This document shows positions 11,080 to 23,210 of a DNA stretch of 64,000 bases, in pieces. Origin of the DNA: Leucoraja erinacea (taxonomy: Eukaryota). Within the stretch, counting starts at the first letter, position 1, and every line of letters starts with the position of its first letter. Location: positions 36,022,001 through 36,086,000 of the forward strand of contig NC_073391.1 in assembly GCF_028641065.1 (NCBI RefSeq), given 5' to 3'. Position numbers and translations under genes: made by a program. The notes beneath the pieces were generated by a model. That model ran no database searches. It saw nothing but the letters and a program-made list of their open reading frames with translations, and had not been told where the DNA came from.

Positions 11080-11870
11080 TTTCAATCTTCTCGAGCCACC
11101 GATGATGTGCCAGATGACTGGAAGACAGGAAATGCAGTACGTTTCTTTAAGAAAGCCAGCTGGGATGTTAGATAATTACAGGCCACTGAGTCAAATGTAA
11201 AGAGTAGAAGAATTATTCAAACATCCCGAGTGATAATTTGAATCTACACTTCAAAAGGCAGGGATTGATTTGAGATATTCAGCACAGATTTGTTGGAAGG
11301 AGATCCTGTCTGATTTATTTAATTGAGGTTTTAATATTGGAAGTATTAAGAGAATGGCGTGGTATTTATGAACTTTAGTAAGGCCTTTGACAAGGTCTCG
11401 CATAGAAGGCTGGACCAACATATTAGACCCAATATAATACAATGTGCCAAATTGCACCCAAAATTTGTTTGTTAATGGGAGACAGAAGTTGATGAGGAAG
11501 CCTGTAACCACTGGTATATCACATGGATCAGCATTGGGCCCACTGCTGTCTGTTATATACATTAACTATTTGGATGTGAATGTAGGAGATATGATTAGTA
11601 AGTTTGCTGATGACACAAAAAATTATGTTGTTGTTGATAGCGATAGATTTGCATGTTGGACAGGGCAATGACAAATGATTTTTAATTCTGATCAGTGTGA
11701 GATCAATGCCTTTTAGGGTGAGGGATGGGGGAAATTTAATAAGGGCACAATATATTCCATGAATGGTAGAGCTCCAAGGAGTTTTGAAGAACAAAATATG
11801 AGAGGTAGCGATAGGGTCAGATCCTTTTTCCCCAGGATGGGAATGTTCAACAATAGAGAACATCACAATG
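11080..11870 (+). mobile_element. Decayed CR1/HER1 LINE RT fragment
   Basis: Remnants of VPDDWKT, GSALGPLL..YINYLD and SKFADDTK (RT motif C). Confidence 0.85.
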
Positions 11871-12149
11871 GAAAGAAGTTGAATTCAAAGGCTAGTTGTT
11901 ACAAGCGGGCGCAAATCTCAATCAGAATAAACTTTCACCTTCAATGTACCACCGGAACCCATCGCACTCGTGTTATCGATCCTGCCTGATTTTCACATCT
12001 ATCGATTTCCGGGAAAATGTAAAGTGCTCCATGTTAATTGAGCTCGCCAATTTTACTATAACTAAATAAATGAATACATAGTGAGCAAAGGCACAAGCAA
12101 TTGGTTTATAAAGAAATATATACACCTAGAATCACACGCAGTAGGAATT

Positions 12150-12930
12150 ATATGAATGAATACGTTTATTGGCCAAGTATGCACATACAAGGAATTTGCC
12201 TTGGTGCTCCGCCCGCATGTGACAACATGACATAGTGACAGTTAAGGATGATACATAAAACATTAAACATTAATAATAAAACATTATTGATTAAACATTT
12301 GAATTAAATAAAATACCAGAGCAAAAGGAGGCTACAGATTTTTGGTTATTGAGTAGAGCTACTACTCGTGGAAAAAAAGCTGTTTTTATGTCTGGCTGTG
12401 GCAGTTTTGACAGTCCGGAGTCGTCTTCCAGAGGGAAGTGATTCAAAGAGTTTGTGGCCAGGGTGAGAGGGGTCAGAGATTACCTAGCCCGCTCGCTTCC
12501 TGGCCCTTGCAGTGTACAGTTCGTCAATGGAGGGAAGGTTGCAGCCAATAACCTTCTCTGCTGATCGGACGATTCGCTGCAACCTCCAGGTGTCGTGCTT
12601 GGTGGCGGAGCCAAAATCAGACCATGATGGAGAAGATGAGGACAAACTCTACGATGGCCCTATAAAATTGGACCATTGTTGCCTGTGGTAGATTATGCTT
12701 CCTCAGCTGCAGCAGGATGAACATCCTCTGTTGTGCCTTTTTGACTGTGGAGTCAATGGTAGCCCCCCCCCACCCCCCACTTAAGGTCCTTGGAGATAAT
12801 GGTTCCCAGGAACTTAAAATAATCCACAGATGTGACTGTGGTGTTGTTTTTGGCGAGTGGGGTGAGGGGAGGGGGAGTTCTCCTAAAGTCTACAATCAAC
12901 ACCACCGTCTTAAGAGCATTGAGCTCCATT
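12150..12930 (-). mobile_element. Rex1/Babar-type LINE 3' fragment
   Basis: The minus strand encodes remnants such as FKFLGTIIS..KKAQQRMFILLQLRK..VESLSSS, ending in AATAAA and an (ATTC)n tail. Confidence 0.75.
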
Positions 12931-13875
12931 GAGCATATGAACCATGCAGAGGACAGCAGTGTAGACCTAATTGGTTTTTCCGGTGCAATTTATTTTCTAC
13001 ATAGAAATGATGCAAGAAAATGTAATGTCCGCAAAAATAAACGGTGTGGAAATTGGAAACGAAAACATATCGGGAGGCACAAAGAAACAGATGTATCACA
13101 CGTGCGTCAAGAATGAATAAATAAACCAGATCTGGGTGCATCGGCAAATAATTATATAAACACACGTGTCCAAAAACACGGTGGAATTTCAGACATTTTT
13201 TTCATTCCTAAAAATCAAAGGAGATCAACGGTCTACTGCTCGTTCCCAAACAGATAAACTCTAAACATCAAATCCCTCCGGACATCATATCCCTTCATGG
13301 CTTCGCCTGCCTGTCAAACCTACTCTAGCTCCACAACGCAATATTTGTGTTGCAAATTTCACCTCTCGTGCATTTTACCCCTGGAAGGAAACCTACCTTC
13401 CCGAAACCCACCTCCGGTTTCAGTACCTGGCCGAGCAAACGTTGGGTATCGTCGAGGCGCACCCGTGAAGTTTCTTGGGCCATTTCACCCCTTTAAAACG
13501 GCCTTCAACGCATGTTAGAATACAGCGTTTCCTCTTGAGATGCACATCTTATTAAGACTGGCAAGAAAACCTTACAAAATGCTGGCGGAACTCTGCGGTC
13601 GGGCAGCATCTCTGAAGGGAATTGGATAGACGAGTTTTTGGGTCGCAACCCATCTTCAGACCCGTCTCTGCTCAGGGCTGGCGGCAGCCCCTGAGAGCGG
13701 GGTGCATTGCATTCCATGGCTGGGGAACCGGAGCGCTGACGACCGCTTGTTGTTGACCAGTTGCCCCAAGCTCCAGGATACTCCCCCGAGACGAAATTCC
13801 CAAGAGGTGGAGACTGGCCGTGTGGTGTCATCGTCCGGCACAGGGCGAGTGGGCGGTATATCCGCTCGGCAGTTC

Positions 13876-13885
13876 TTTATAAGGT
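13876..13885 (+). promoter_or_regulatory. Candidate TATA box of DNAJC12
   Basis: TTTATAAGG about 55 nt upstream of the ATG, preceded by GC-rich sequence containing GGGCGG. Confidence 0.5.
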
Positions 13886-13935
13886 GCCGCTCTGTAGCTC
13901 AGCAGCGTTGAGCCAGCGCGATTAGGACTACACAG

Positions 13936-14013
13936 ATGGATGCGGTGCTGAATTTCGCAGCCGAAGGCGGAGACGATTATTACCAGCTGCTAGGCTGTGA
14001 TGAACTATCCACG
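13936..14013 (+). CDS. DNAJC12: DNAJC12 coding exon 1 (78 nt)
   Basis: MDAVLNFAAEGGDDYYQLLGCDELST, the J-domain start (DYYxLLG). Donor GTGAGA. Confidence 0.95.
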
Positions 14014-16095
14014 GTGAGAAAGTTCCGCTCTAACAGACCTCCGCGTCACGTTATTTAATGGGGCCAAAGTCCTTCAGATGGCCAGTGTGCCTCCTAGTGG
14101 GGATTGTTATGGTAGTGAACGAGACCGGCTGTATCCTAGTGTCGTCTCTTTAGTCTCTCAGTACCTGCCAGTGAGCACCACAGCTCGACCAATGCAGATA
14201 CGTATGTATTTTAAAATCGGCTTCTAACTATCTCCGGTTAGTTTCATGTTACAGAAAGCCAATCCATATCTCAGTGGATAGGGGTAAACTTGCATCATAA
14301 ATGTGGACCAGCAAACAAGAAGATGTTTCTCGACTTGAAACGTCACCTATCCATGTTCTCATGAGTTTCTGTATGACCTGCTGTGTTACTCCAGCTCTTT
14401 GAGTCCTTTAGTGTATTAACCAACATCTGCTCCGCTCTATGATCTTTGATCTGCAGTTCTTTGTTTCAGTGTATTCTTAACTTTAGTTTGGGCTGTGAAG
14501 ACACTGTCAAAGCCAGCATTTATTGCCCAACAATAATTATTTCAGAAACTGTTGGTTGGCCAACTTCTTGAATTGTTTAAATCATTTTGGTGAAGATACC
14601 TTCCACGGTCTTGTTGGTAAAGAATGCCTGGATTTAGACTTGCTGATAATGAAGGATTGTCAATATATTTCCAAATTGGGATCTTGTGTGACTTGGAAGG
14701 GACACTGCAGGTGAATGTGTTTCCAAGCACCTGCTGCCCTTATCTTTCTTGGTTGTGGAGATCATAGATTAGGGCGATTGCGTTGGAACTGTCTAAGTAA
14801 CTGCATTGCATTTTATAGCTGGTAGTGGAGCAAATGAATGTTTAGAGTGGTGGATGAGGTGTGAATCACACAAGCTGCTTGGTGCTGAATGTTGTTGAGT
14901 TTCTTTGTTGGCGTTTCATTCATCTAGGCAGCTAGGGTAGTATTTTCTCATGCCTCTGACTTGTGCTTTGTAGATTGTGGTAAGATCTTGTGTTTGTTAG
15001 GAGATCAGAATACTGAGCCATTGAACCAAGCCTGTAGTCACAGAATGTAGTTTCCTCATTCACGTGAAATGGTGGTCCATTAAGACCCATTCATAAAAAT
15101 AACATCAAATAAAAATATGAGATCATTTGACTCTCTTGTTGGAAATGGGCATTGCTGGGCACATTTTTGGTGCATATGTTACTTGCCATTGACCAGCAGA
15201 TGCTTGAGTGTTATTGAGGTCTTGCTGCATGCTGGCATAGGTTGCTTCATTTGCTAAAGTGTTGTGATAAGAAGTGAACTTTGCACAATCTTCAGTGAAT
15301 ATCCCTACTTCTGCCAAAAGGTAGTAATTGATGACTGGCATGCAGCATGTATGATTAAACCATTATGAAGAATAAACTAACTCCACTTTGTCCTCAACAA
15401 TCTACCTGTGGCAGATGCATTTGTCCTTAAAAGGGTTGGTAGAAGTGAACACTGCACAGTCCTTGTGGAGACAAACTTAAGTCTTCACACATGGACATTC
15501 TCTATCATGTTGAATGCCATTACAGACATGTTCAATTGGGTAGAATAGAGGGCAGCTCAAAGCTGTGCTTCATTAAAGCACCCTGGGCCAGTTCAGACAC
15601 TAGTGGTATTACAAAGCATCTCATGATGATGCTTATTTAAGCCCCCTCACTTGTAGTACATGCTGTGCACTTGTTACTGTCAGCACTTACTAGGGCACGG
15701 CAACCGGCAACAGCCTAACTCATCCGTGCTGCCCAAGATTCCCCATCAAAGCTAGTGTTTGGTCCCTATCCCTCTAATCCTTTCCTATCCAAGTACCTGT
15801 CCAAGTGTCTTTTAAATGGTGTTCTAGAACCTACCTCTTCTGGCAGCGTTCCATATACCTACCAGCTTTTGAGTGAAAGAGTTGCCCCTTAAATTACTAT
15901 TAAATCTTAAAAGGAAGGAACTGCAGATGCTGGTTAATACAGGTGCTGGAGTAACTCAGCAGCATCTCTGGAGAACATGGATGGGTGATGTTTTGGGTCG
16001 AATCGGAAGAAGGTAGCAATTGACAAAAGATTTTTCGACATCACATTCTAAACCTGTAACCTTCACTGCCTTTGAGGATGAGGCCAGTGGTGAGT

Positions 16096-16403
16096 TTTAG
16101 AGATACAGCGTGGAAATAGGCCCTTAGGCCCACCGAGTCCACACTGGCCAACGATCCCTGCACATTAATGCCATCCTGCACACACTAAGGACAATTTTAT
16201 ACTTATACCAATCCAACTAACCTACAAAACTGGACGTCTTTGGAGTGTGGGAGGAAACCGAAGTTATCGGGGAAAACCCATGTGGTCACAGGGAAACATA
16301 CAACCTCCGTACAGACAGCGCCCATAGTCGGGATCGAACCAGAGTGTCCAGCGCTGAAAGCAGTGTAAGGCAGGGACTCTAACACTACGCCACCGTGCTG
16401 CCC
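16096..16403 (-). mobile_element. tRNA-derived SINE (HE1/V-SINE-like)
   Basis: tRNA-like head GGCAGCACGGTGGCG..GGTTCGATCCC, central gtctgtacggag..gtgacc domain, CR1-like tail with CTCTAAA. Confidence 0.8.
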
Positions 16404-17347
16404 TTTGATAAAAAGGTACATGTCAAAAAGTTGGACAACATCCTGGCTTTGACAAATATCAATATCCATTTTTCCTTTTTCGATTTGACTGGCTGCTTTC
16501 ACCTGACAAGCTGCAGTATTGTGAGAAGGCAGCTCAAACTATCTATTTGAATAATTGGGGATGTACAATAATACTGGGTTCGGCAATAATGTCCACAATC
16601 CAAGACTTTATTAAATTATATATTGAAATGTCCCTGAAAAAAAATGTTCTCCTTCTGCCTCAATCGAAGCACCCTCTTGATGATATATGTTTGGCTAATT
16701 CACTACAGTAGAGTATGTTTTCCCCGGCAGCAGCTGAAGCTAAGACACTGGAGCAGTAATGAGGAAGGATTGAGACAAAGTCTAGCTAGGGGATTATCTG
16801 TGGACTTTATCATAATGTATTAGATCCTGTAGTGGTGTTAACTGAATTGGTGTTGTGTGTTCCTGGGGTCTCAAACCCCAGGCACCTGCCAGGTATTACA
16901 ATATACAATCTTTGCTTTCATTTGGCACTTTTAAAGTTGCAGATTCCAATAAATTTGTGCTAAAGATGATGGTGTGTGGGAAGTGTGCATTGTGTTTTCA
17001 AACAGATTCAGGCAGAAATATTTAAATTTCTTTCTTTCTTCCTCTGTTATATTGCAATGAATCAGAGCAGTGTCATTAAAATACAAATTAAAATCTTATT
17101 CTGAGAATGTGACGCAGTTCCCAATATTTACTGCTGTACCTGCAAAGGCCAAGTACTCACTGTTGCCTTGGAGCATGTAATTACATCAAGGAAAGCATAC
17201 ACTTCCTGAATACAAAAATAAACTAACCAGAAGAAGAATAAATATGAAAAAGGAAATGCTGCCTGATAAGTTCAGCAATATTTTTCGGATGACATTGGTG
17301 ACTTAATGTTTGGCTTCAGAGCTGAAGTTATGTAATAATGAATGTTT

Positions 17348-17534
17348 AAGAAGGAACTGCAGATGCTGGAAAATCAAAGGTAGACAAAAATGCTGGAGAA
17401 ACTCAGCGGGTGAGGCAGCATCTACGGAGCAAAGGAAATAGTGTGAAGAAGGGTTTCGGCCAGAAACATTGCCTATTTCCTTCGCTCCATAGATGCTGCC
17501 TCACCCGCTGAGTTTCTCCAGCATTTTTGGCTAC
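17348..17534. mobile_element. PLE-derived inverted-pair mini-element abutting the DNAJC12 exon 2 acceptor
   Basis: Inverted arms, degenerate hammerhead core, 18-bp TSD ATGTAATAAT(G/T)AATGTTT at 17330-17347 and 17535-17552. Confidence 0.85.
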
Positions 17535-17562
17535 ATGTAATAATTAATGTTTGATTTGTTAG

Positions 17563-17641
17563 ACAGAACAAATTGTGGCAGAATTTAAAGTCAAGGCTCT
17601 GACCTGCCATCCTGACAAACATCCACAGAATCCAAAAGCAG
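17563..17641 (+). CDS. DNAJC12: DNAJC12 coding exon 2 (79 nt)
   Basis: TEQIVAEFKVKALTCHPDKHPQNPKA with the HPD motif. Canonical AG/GT. Confidence 0.97.
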
Positions 17642-17724
17642 GTATGTTTTTTGTCTTAAAATTAAAATAGTCTCACTGAATGGCTGAAGGCCCTGGCAAA
17701 GCTGTAACAAAGTAATCAACTTGG

Positions 17725-18475
17725 CAAGATACAAGATACAATTTATTTGTCATTTGGACCCCTTGAGGTCCTGCAGCCATACATTACAAACAAATAGACC
17801 CAAGACACAACATAATTTACATAAACACCCATCACATTGTTGTGATGGAAGGCCAAAAAACGTATCTCTCCACTGCACTTAAAGCCACATTAAAGCCACG
17901 CCAGGTGATGCAAGGTCGCACACCGGGTTCTTGATGTTAGAGCCCCCGGCGTGCGCTTGCAGAGTCCCGCAGCCATTCCAAGCCGCGTGGGCCGGTGCTG
18001 TAAGGCCCCGCTCCAGGAGCTCTTCGACCCCGCAACTCGGGCGGGAGAAGTCGCAGTTGCGGGAGCCCTGAAATGCGGTCTCCCAGCAGGGACCCGCGGG
18101 CTCCCGGTGCCGCCGTCCGCCAGACCCGCAGTTGCAGCCTCCGAATCTCCGGAGGTCGGGCCGCAGCAGCGCTCCTCCACCCGCTCTGGACTCGGCCAGC
18201 TCCGCGACGGTGAGGTAAGTAGTCGGCACCAGAGCCCCCGGTCTTCCTGTTGGAGGCCGCTCCTCGTTGCAGCCCCAACGACAACGGAGACCCGACAAAG
18301 AAAAGGTTGGGTCTCCCGTGCAGGGAGAGATTAAAAGTTGCCCCCTCCCTCCCACCCCACCCCCCCACACACACACCCCAACAAAAAATAACAAAAACTA
18401 CGTAAAAACATAGAGAAAAAATAATAAAAACGCAGACGGGCGGCAGAGGCCGCTGCTGACGAGAGTCGCGCCGGC
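17725..18475 (-). mobile_element. Non-coding GC-rich LINE-derived non-autonomous retroelement
   Basis: Same architecture as 3500-4310 (shared TGTGATGGAAGGC, CGCCAGGTGATG, GGTAAGTA, GAGCCCC). Ends in AATAAA and a (TATCTTG)n tail. Confidence 0.6.
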
Positions 18476-21400
18476 TGGACACATTGTGGCGATGTGCTGG
18501 CTCAATTTGAAGCTGAAGTGTAGTCTGGATGCCTCCTAAATCAGCAGTTCCTTGGAATAACTATTCTGTTATTCAAGCACATATCTTGTACCTCTACCCT
18601 TCAACATCCCCTTCTGTTTAAAATCTGGTATCAGAGTCACTATTTTCTGCCTCCCATCACATCACTCAAGCTCGGGGTTGGGACGAATTGGTGAGCTGGG
18701 AACAGTCAAGGGTTTAGAGTTCAGAGATGTTCAGTTTCAAGGTTGGAGACCATAAGAATTGTTGTGGACCTGAAGTGTCTGTGTAGCGTTGATATGCTCA
18801 CTATGAGCGTGTGGCTTTTGTCCAGATGTTCTGGTTTCCTCCTACTTCCCAGAGTTACATGGGTTGTTGGGTTAATTTCCCGTTATTAATTGAACAGGGT
18901 ATAGAGGTGAGTGATAGAATCTGAGGTGTGTGTGGGGGGGGGGGGCTTAAGTATAATGTCATAAAAATGGATGAATGGAGTATTTATGACTTTAAACATA
19001 TGATTCAGACCACTTTGTTCCCTCACCTGTTCCAGTTAAGTGTAAAATGGGTGGTTGATTATCAGTGTGGACTTGATGGACCAAAGGACCAGATTCCATG
19101 CTGTATCGCTGACTAGCAGAGTGGGTAGAATTGAAGTGATTTATCTGATCCTTCAATCCATTTGATATGGTACCACACAAGTAATTGCTAAATTATTCTT
19201 AAACTTAGAACTACAGGGTAGGAAGCCATTTGGCCCATGGAGTCCCAGCTACTTAATAAGGTCGCAATCCATTGGTTTTACTTTGTCTCTTTCCTTATTT
19301 CCCTGTACCCCTGCAACCTGTTCTCGCAGCAACATGTCCATTAACTCTTTTTTGATTATTTTCTCCATTAACCTATAATGAGAGTTCATTTACAGTCAAT
19401 TGTTAACTCAGCTGCATGTGTTTGTAATATGGGAGGAAGCTGGACAAAGCCTACTTTGTCATGGAGAGAACATGCAAATTGCACACCGGCAACAGTCGAT
19501 GTCAATTTTAGTACAGGTATAGCATTGCTAAATTATATATTGGCTCACAGACATTTACAGCGTGGAATTGGGCCCTTTGGCCTACCATGTCCATGCCAAC
19601 CATTGGCCCACTGGGCTAGTCCCATTTACCTGCATTTAGCCCATTGCCCTCTAAACCCTTTCTATCCATATATCTGCCCAAATATCTTTTAAATGTCGTA
19701 ATTGTACCCGCTTCTATCACTTCCTCTGGCAGATCATTCCAGATCCAACAACATGTCGGCCGTGACCTTTCTTCAGACTGATGGAGTAGTTGGGGAGAAA
19801 CCTGGAAATGTGTGGTGAGGGTGGGCCAAAGCCTGGAAAGTGATAGGTGGATAGAGATGAGGGGGGTGCATGGCGGATAGATTAAATGACAAAGACTAGA
19901 GGTGAAAAGGAGACAAAATTATGTCAGATTGGATAAGTGGTGTTTTTTGGAGCAGGTGAGGGAACAAAGTGGTCTGAATCGTATGTTTAAAGTCATAAAG
20001 GACATAGCCAGAGTAATTAGAGAGTGTCTGTTCAAATTGGCAGAAGGGTTAAGAACGAGAAAACATTGAATGAAGGTAAATTACAAAATGGAAAGCTTTT
20101 TATACATAGCAAGTGGTTAGCAGTAGAGATAAATTCAATTGCAGCACTCAAAAGGAATAAATATATGAAGGAAATAATTTGCAGGGTTTATGGCAAGTGG
20201 TACAGGATCGTTCTTGGACCTGGTACTAACTAGACGGGCCAAATTGCTCCTTTTAGTACTATAATCATTGTATAATTCTGTAGCAAGAAATGCTTGAAAA
20301 AATATAAAATGAGCATAGGCTAAATCTAGGTGCAAAGAACAGATGCTGATTTATCTTTGCGAAAAAGATACGAAATAAGCTGTTCAGACGCCTGCATTAA
20401 GAGACACCAAAGATTGTCATCATGCACGTAGATCAGTCTGTCCACAATCTCAGATGCATGAGTCAGAACTTACTATATTGTCTGTTATTTTAAACTAAGG
20501 TACAATATTTCAAATTTTCCATTAATACATTTTCTTTGTCTCCACCCCACAATAAACTTCAATAGGAAGGAAAATAGTCTAGATAAACAGCTTTTCATCA
20601 GCATTTAAGCTTTGTAGTGATAGATGACGCAGTGGTATATTTATTAAGCAAATATCTATCCAGCCAGTGATGCCATTCTACTGCCGCTGGTAATATATGT
20701 ATTTCCATTTTGTTTTGTTAGCTTTGATAAAAACTACGGGACTTGAATGATTTAATTCCTTTCACAGATATACATATTCATCCTGGAAGATAAAACAAGT
20801 TTATCCACTGGTATAATGGTGGTCAGATCAAAATAATGGCCAGGATCCTTTCTTCAGACATACGAGCTCCATTGGACTGAAACTTTCTTAGTTCATCAAT
20901 TGGGCATTTCGTTGTCTCTGTACTGTACACTGACAATGACAATTAAAATTGAATCTGAATCTGAATCTGAATCAATTCTTGAAGATGTAAAGTGGTTGTA
21001 ACTTTATTCAACTGAACATTTGATAAATCTACCTGCAACATGTGCAGCATCAATAATATTTCTAATTCATTCATTGCATTTGTAGGTATTTAGGTTTTTG
21101 AAATAATCACACGAGAGTCACTTCCAATATAGGTCCAAGCTCATGTTTTACCTGAATAGCTACAAATTTTGAAGTTATAAATATTCCAGCTGGGCAATGA
21201 TTCAGCTGGTCATCATAGTTCTTAATTCTGAGGCTGCTCTGGCAGCACTCTGAGCTGAGCTTGGACAACAGAATTCAGAGCTTTCAATCCACTGTCATGG
21301 CTTCTGCTGTGGTGAAAGGAATGTTCTGCACCATGGTTGAGTACTCAAATGTTGATGTGGAATCAGTCACCTCTTGCACGTCCATGCTGTTAAGGACTAA

Positions 21401-22058
21401 GTGGACATTTTGTGCTGGAGATTTCCATCCTCCCGTTTACCTCGAGCAAGCTTTTACAGCCAATCCCTTTGAAATGTACAACATTTTGAATAAGGGTCTC
21501 GACCCAAAACGCACCCATTCCTTCTCTCCAGAGATGCTGCCTGTCCCGCTGAGTTACTCCAGCTTTTTGTGTCTAAAATTCTTAAAGGGCTTGACAGGGT
21601 AGATGCTGAGTGCTTTTTTTTCCATGCCTGGTGTCCAGAAGCAGGGTCGGTCACAACATACGGAGTCGGCCATTCAGGACAGGTGAGAAATTCCTTCATC
21701 CAAAGTGTTGCAAATTTTTTGGAATTCTCTACCCAAGAAGGATACGAGGTCAGTCACTGACGCCACCGAGGATGTCAGGGTGACACATCCGGGACAGATT
21801 CACTATTTAGTTCTCCTTCACATGAAGCTCATTTCCAATTAAATATCGTCCAGACATTTTGAAATTGTATTTGTGATTTCCAAGCCTGAAGCTTATGGAA
21901 CCTAAAAATTATAAGTAGTACTAGTGAGTGGTATAGAGTAGAGTATTATCTTGGGGTATCCTGGAGTTTCAGGCTGTGGAATGATTAGGGGATTTGGAGG
22001 TGTGGAATGTCAGAGAGGGTCAGAAAGTCTATAATGGGTATGTTAGAGGATTGAAGGT

Positions 22059-22355
22059 AAACACAAAACGCTGGAGTTACTCAGCGGGACAGACAGCTGG
22101 TGAGAAGAAATGGGTGACGTTTCGGGTCAAGATACTTCTTCAGACTGATGTCAGGGGAATGAGCGGTACAGAAATAAAATATAGTCAGAGACAGTAAGAC
22201 TGGTCGGAGAACTGGGAAGGGGAGGGAGAGAAGGGTTACTTGAAGTTAGAAAAGTCAATGTTCATACCGCTGGGGTGTAAGCTACCCAAGCAAAATATGA
22301 AGGGCTGTTCCTCCAATTTGTACTGGGCCTCACTCCGACAATGGAGGAGGCCCAA
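22059..22355 (-). mobile_element. Penelope-like element 3' remnant: endonuclease C-terminus plus pLTR with hammerhead motif
   Basis: 22346-22236 reads LHCRSEAQYKLEEQPFIFCLGSLHPSGMNIDFSNFK*, resembling the PLE GIY-YIG C-terminal E..I..L..L.P.G.N motif. Followed by CTGAAGA..GAAACGTC and the family arm. Confidence 0.75.
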
Positions 22356-22455
22356 GATTTAGGGGATTGGGTGGGTTGGGGGTTTGATGTATACTGGAGA
22401 GAGCAGGAGATTGTCAGAATAACTAATCAAGCTCTGTTTTATTTCTATAATCTAG

Positions 22456-22595
22456 TGGAGCAATTTCAGAAACTGCAGCAGGCTAAAGAAACCCTAACCA
22501 ATGAAGAACGACGCGCCCGCTATGACCACTGGTATCGTAGTAGGATTGCAATTCCATTTCATCAGTGGGAGGCTCTAAGTGATGCTGTCAAAATG
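22456..22595 (+). CDS. DNAJC12: DNAJC12 coding exon 3 (140 nt)
   Basis: (V)EQFQKLQQAKETLTNEERRARYDHWYRSRIAIPFHQWEALSDAVKM. Canonical AG/GT. Confidence 0.97.
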
Positions 22596-22671
22596 GTACG
22601 TCAATTCTGAGATAAAACACTCAACTTTCACTGCAGTTCAGATGCCCACTTGAAAAGGAAAAATTGTTTGG

Positions 22672-23210
22672 AACATAGAACAGCACTTGAACAGGCTTTT
22701 CAGCCCATGATGTTCATGCCAGCCTGATGCCAATTTAAACTAGCCTCTGTCTACACGTGATCCATACCGCTCCATTTGCTGCATATCCATATGCCTATCT
22801 AAAAGCCTCTTTAATTTCCCTATAGTATGTGCTGCCATCTCCAACCTTCGCAGAGGGTTCTAGGCATCCACCAGTCTCTTTCTGTAAAATAAAATGCCCC
22901 GCACATCTCTAAACAGCCCATCTCACCTTAAAGCATTTTCCACACTGGGAAATTTCCACACTGGGGTTCTGACTGTCTACCCTATCTATGCCACTCAATG
23001 TTATCATCTCCCCTCAACCTCCAATGCTTCAGAGGAAACTATCCATGTTAGCCAAATCTCTTCTTATTGCTAAGACCTTCTAATCCAGGCAGCATTCTGG
23101 TAAACATTTTCTGCACCCTCTCCAAAGCCTCCACAACCTTTCTTAATGGTGCAAGATTTTACAAGATATGCAGAATTGCACGCAACGTTCCAAATGTGGC
23201 CTAACCATGC
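22672..23210 (-). mobile_element. CR1/HER1 LINE 3' fragment
   Basis: Reverse strand shows VRPHLE..CVQF and LERVQK-type remnants plus the CR1 tail. Confidence 0.7.

Noticed and set aside
16300-16403. tRNA-like sequences in SINE heads (also ~29780, 50930, 59940, 62830)
   Set aside because: No complete cloverleaf, and they are attached to the SINE body and tail.
17879-18482. 171-181 aa ORFs
   Set aside because: Inside the non-autonomous GC-rich retroelement; no domain.
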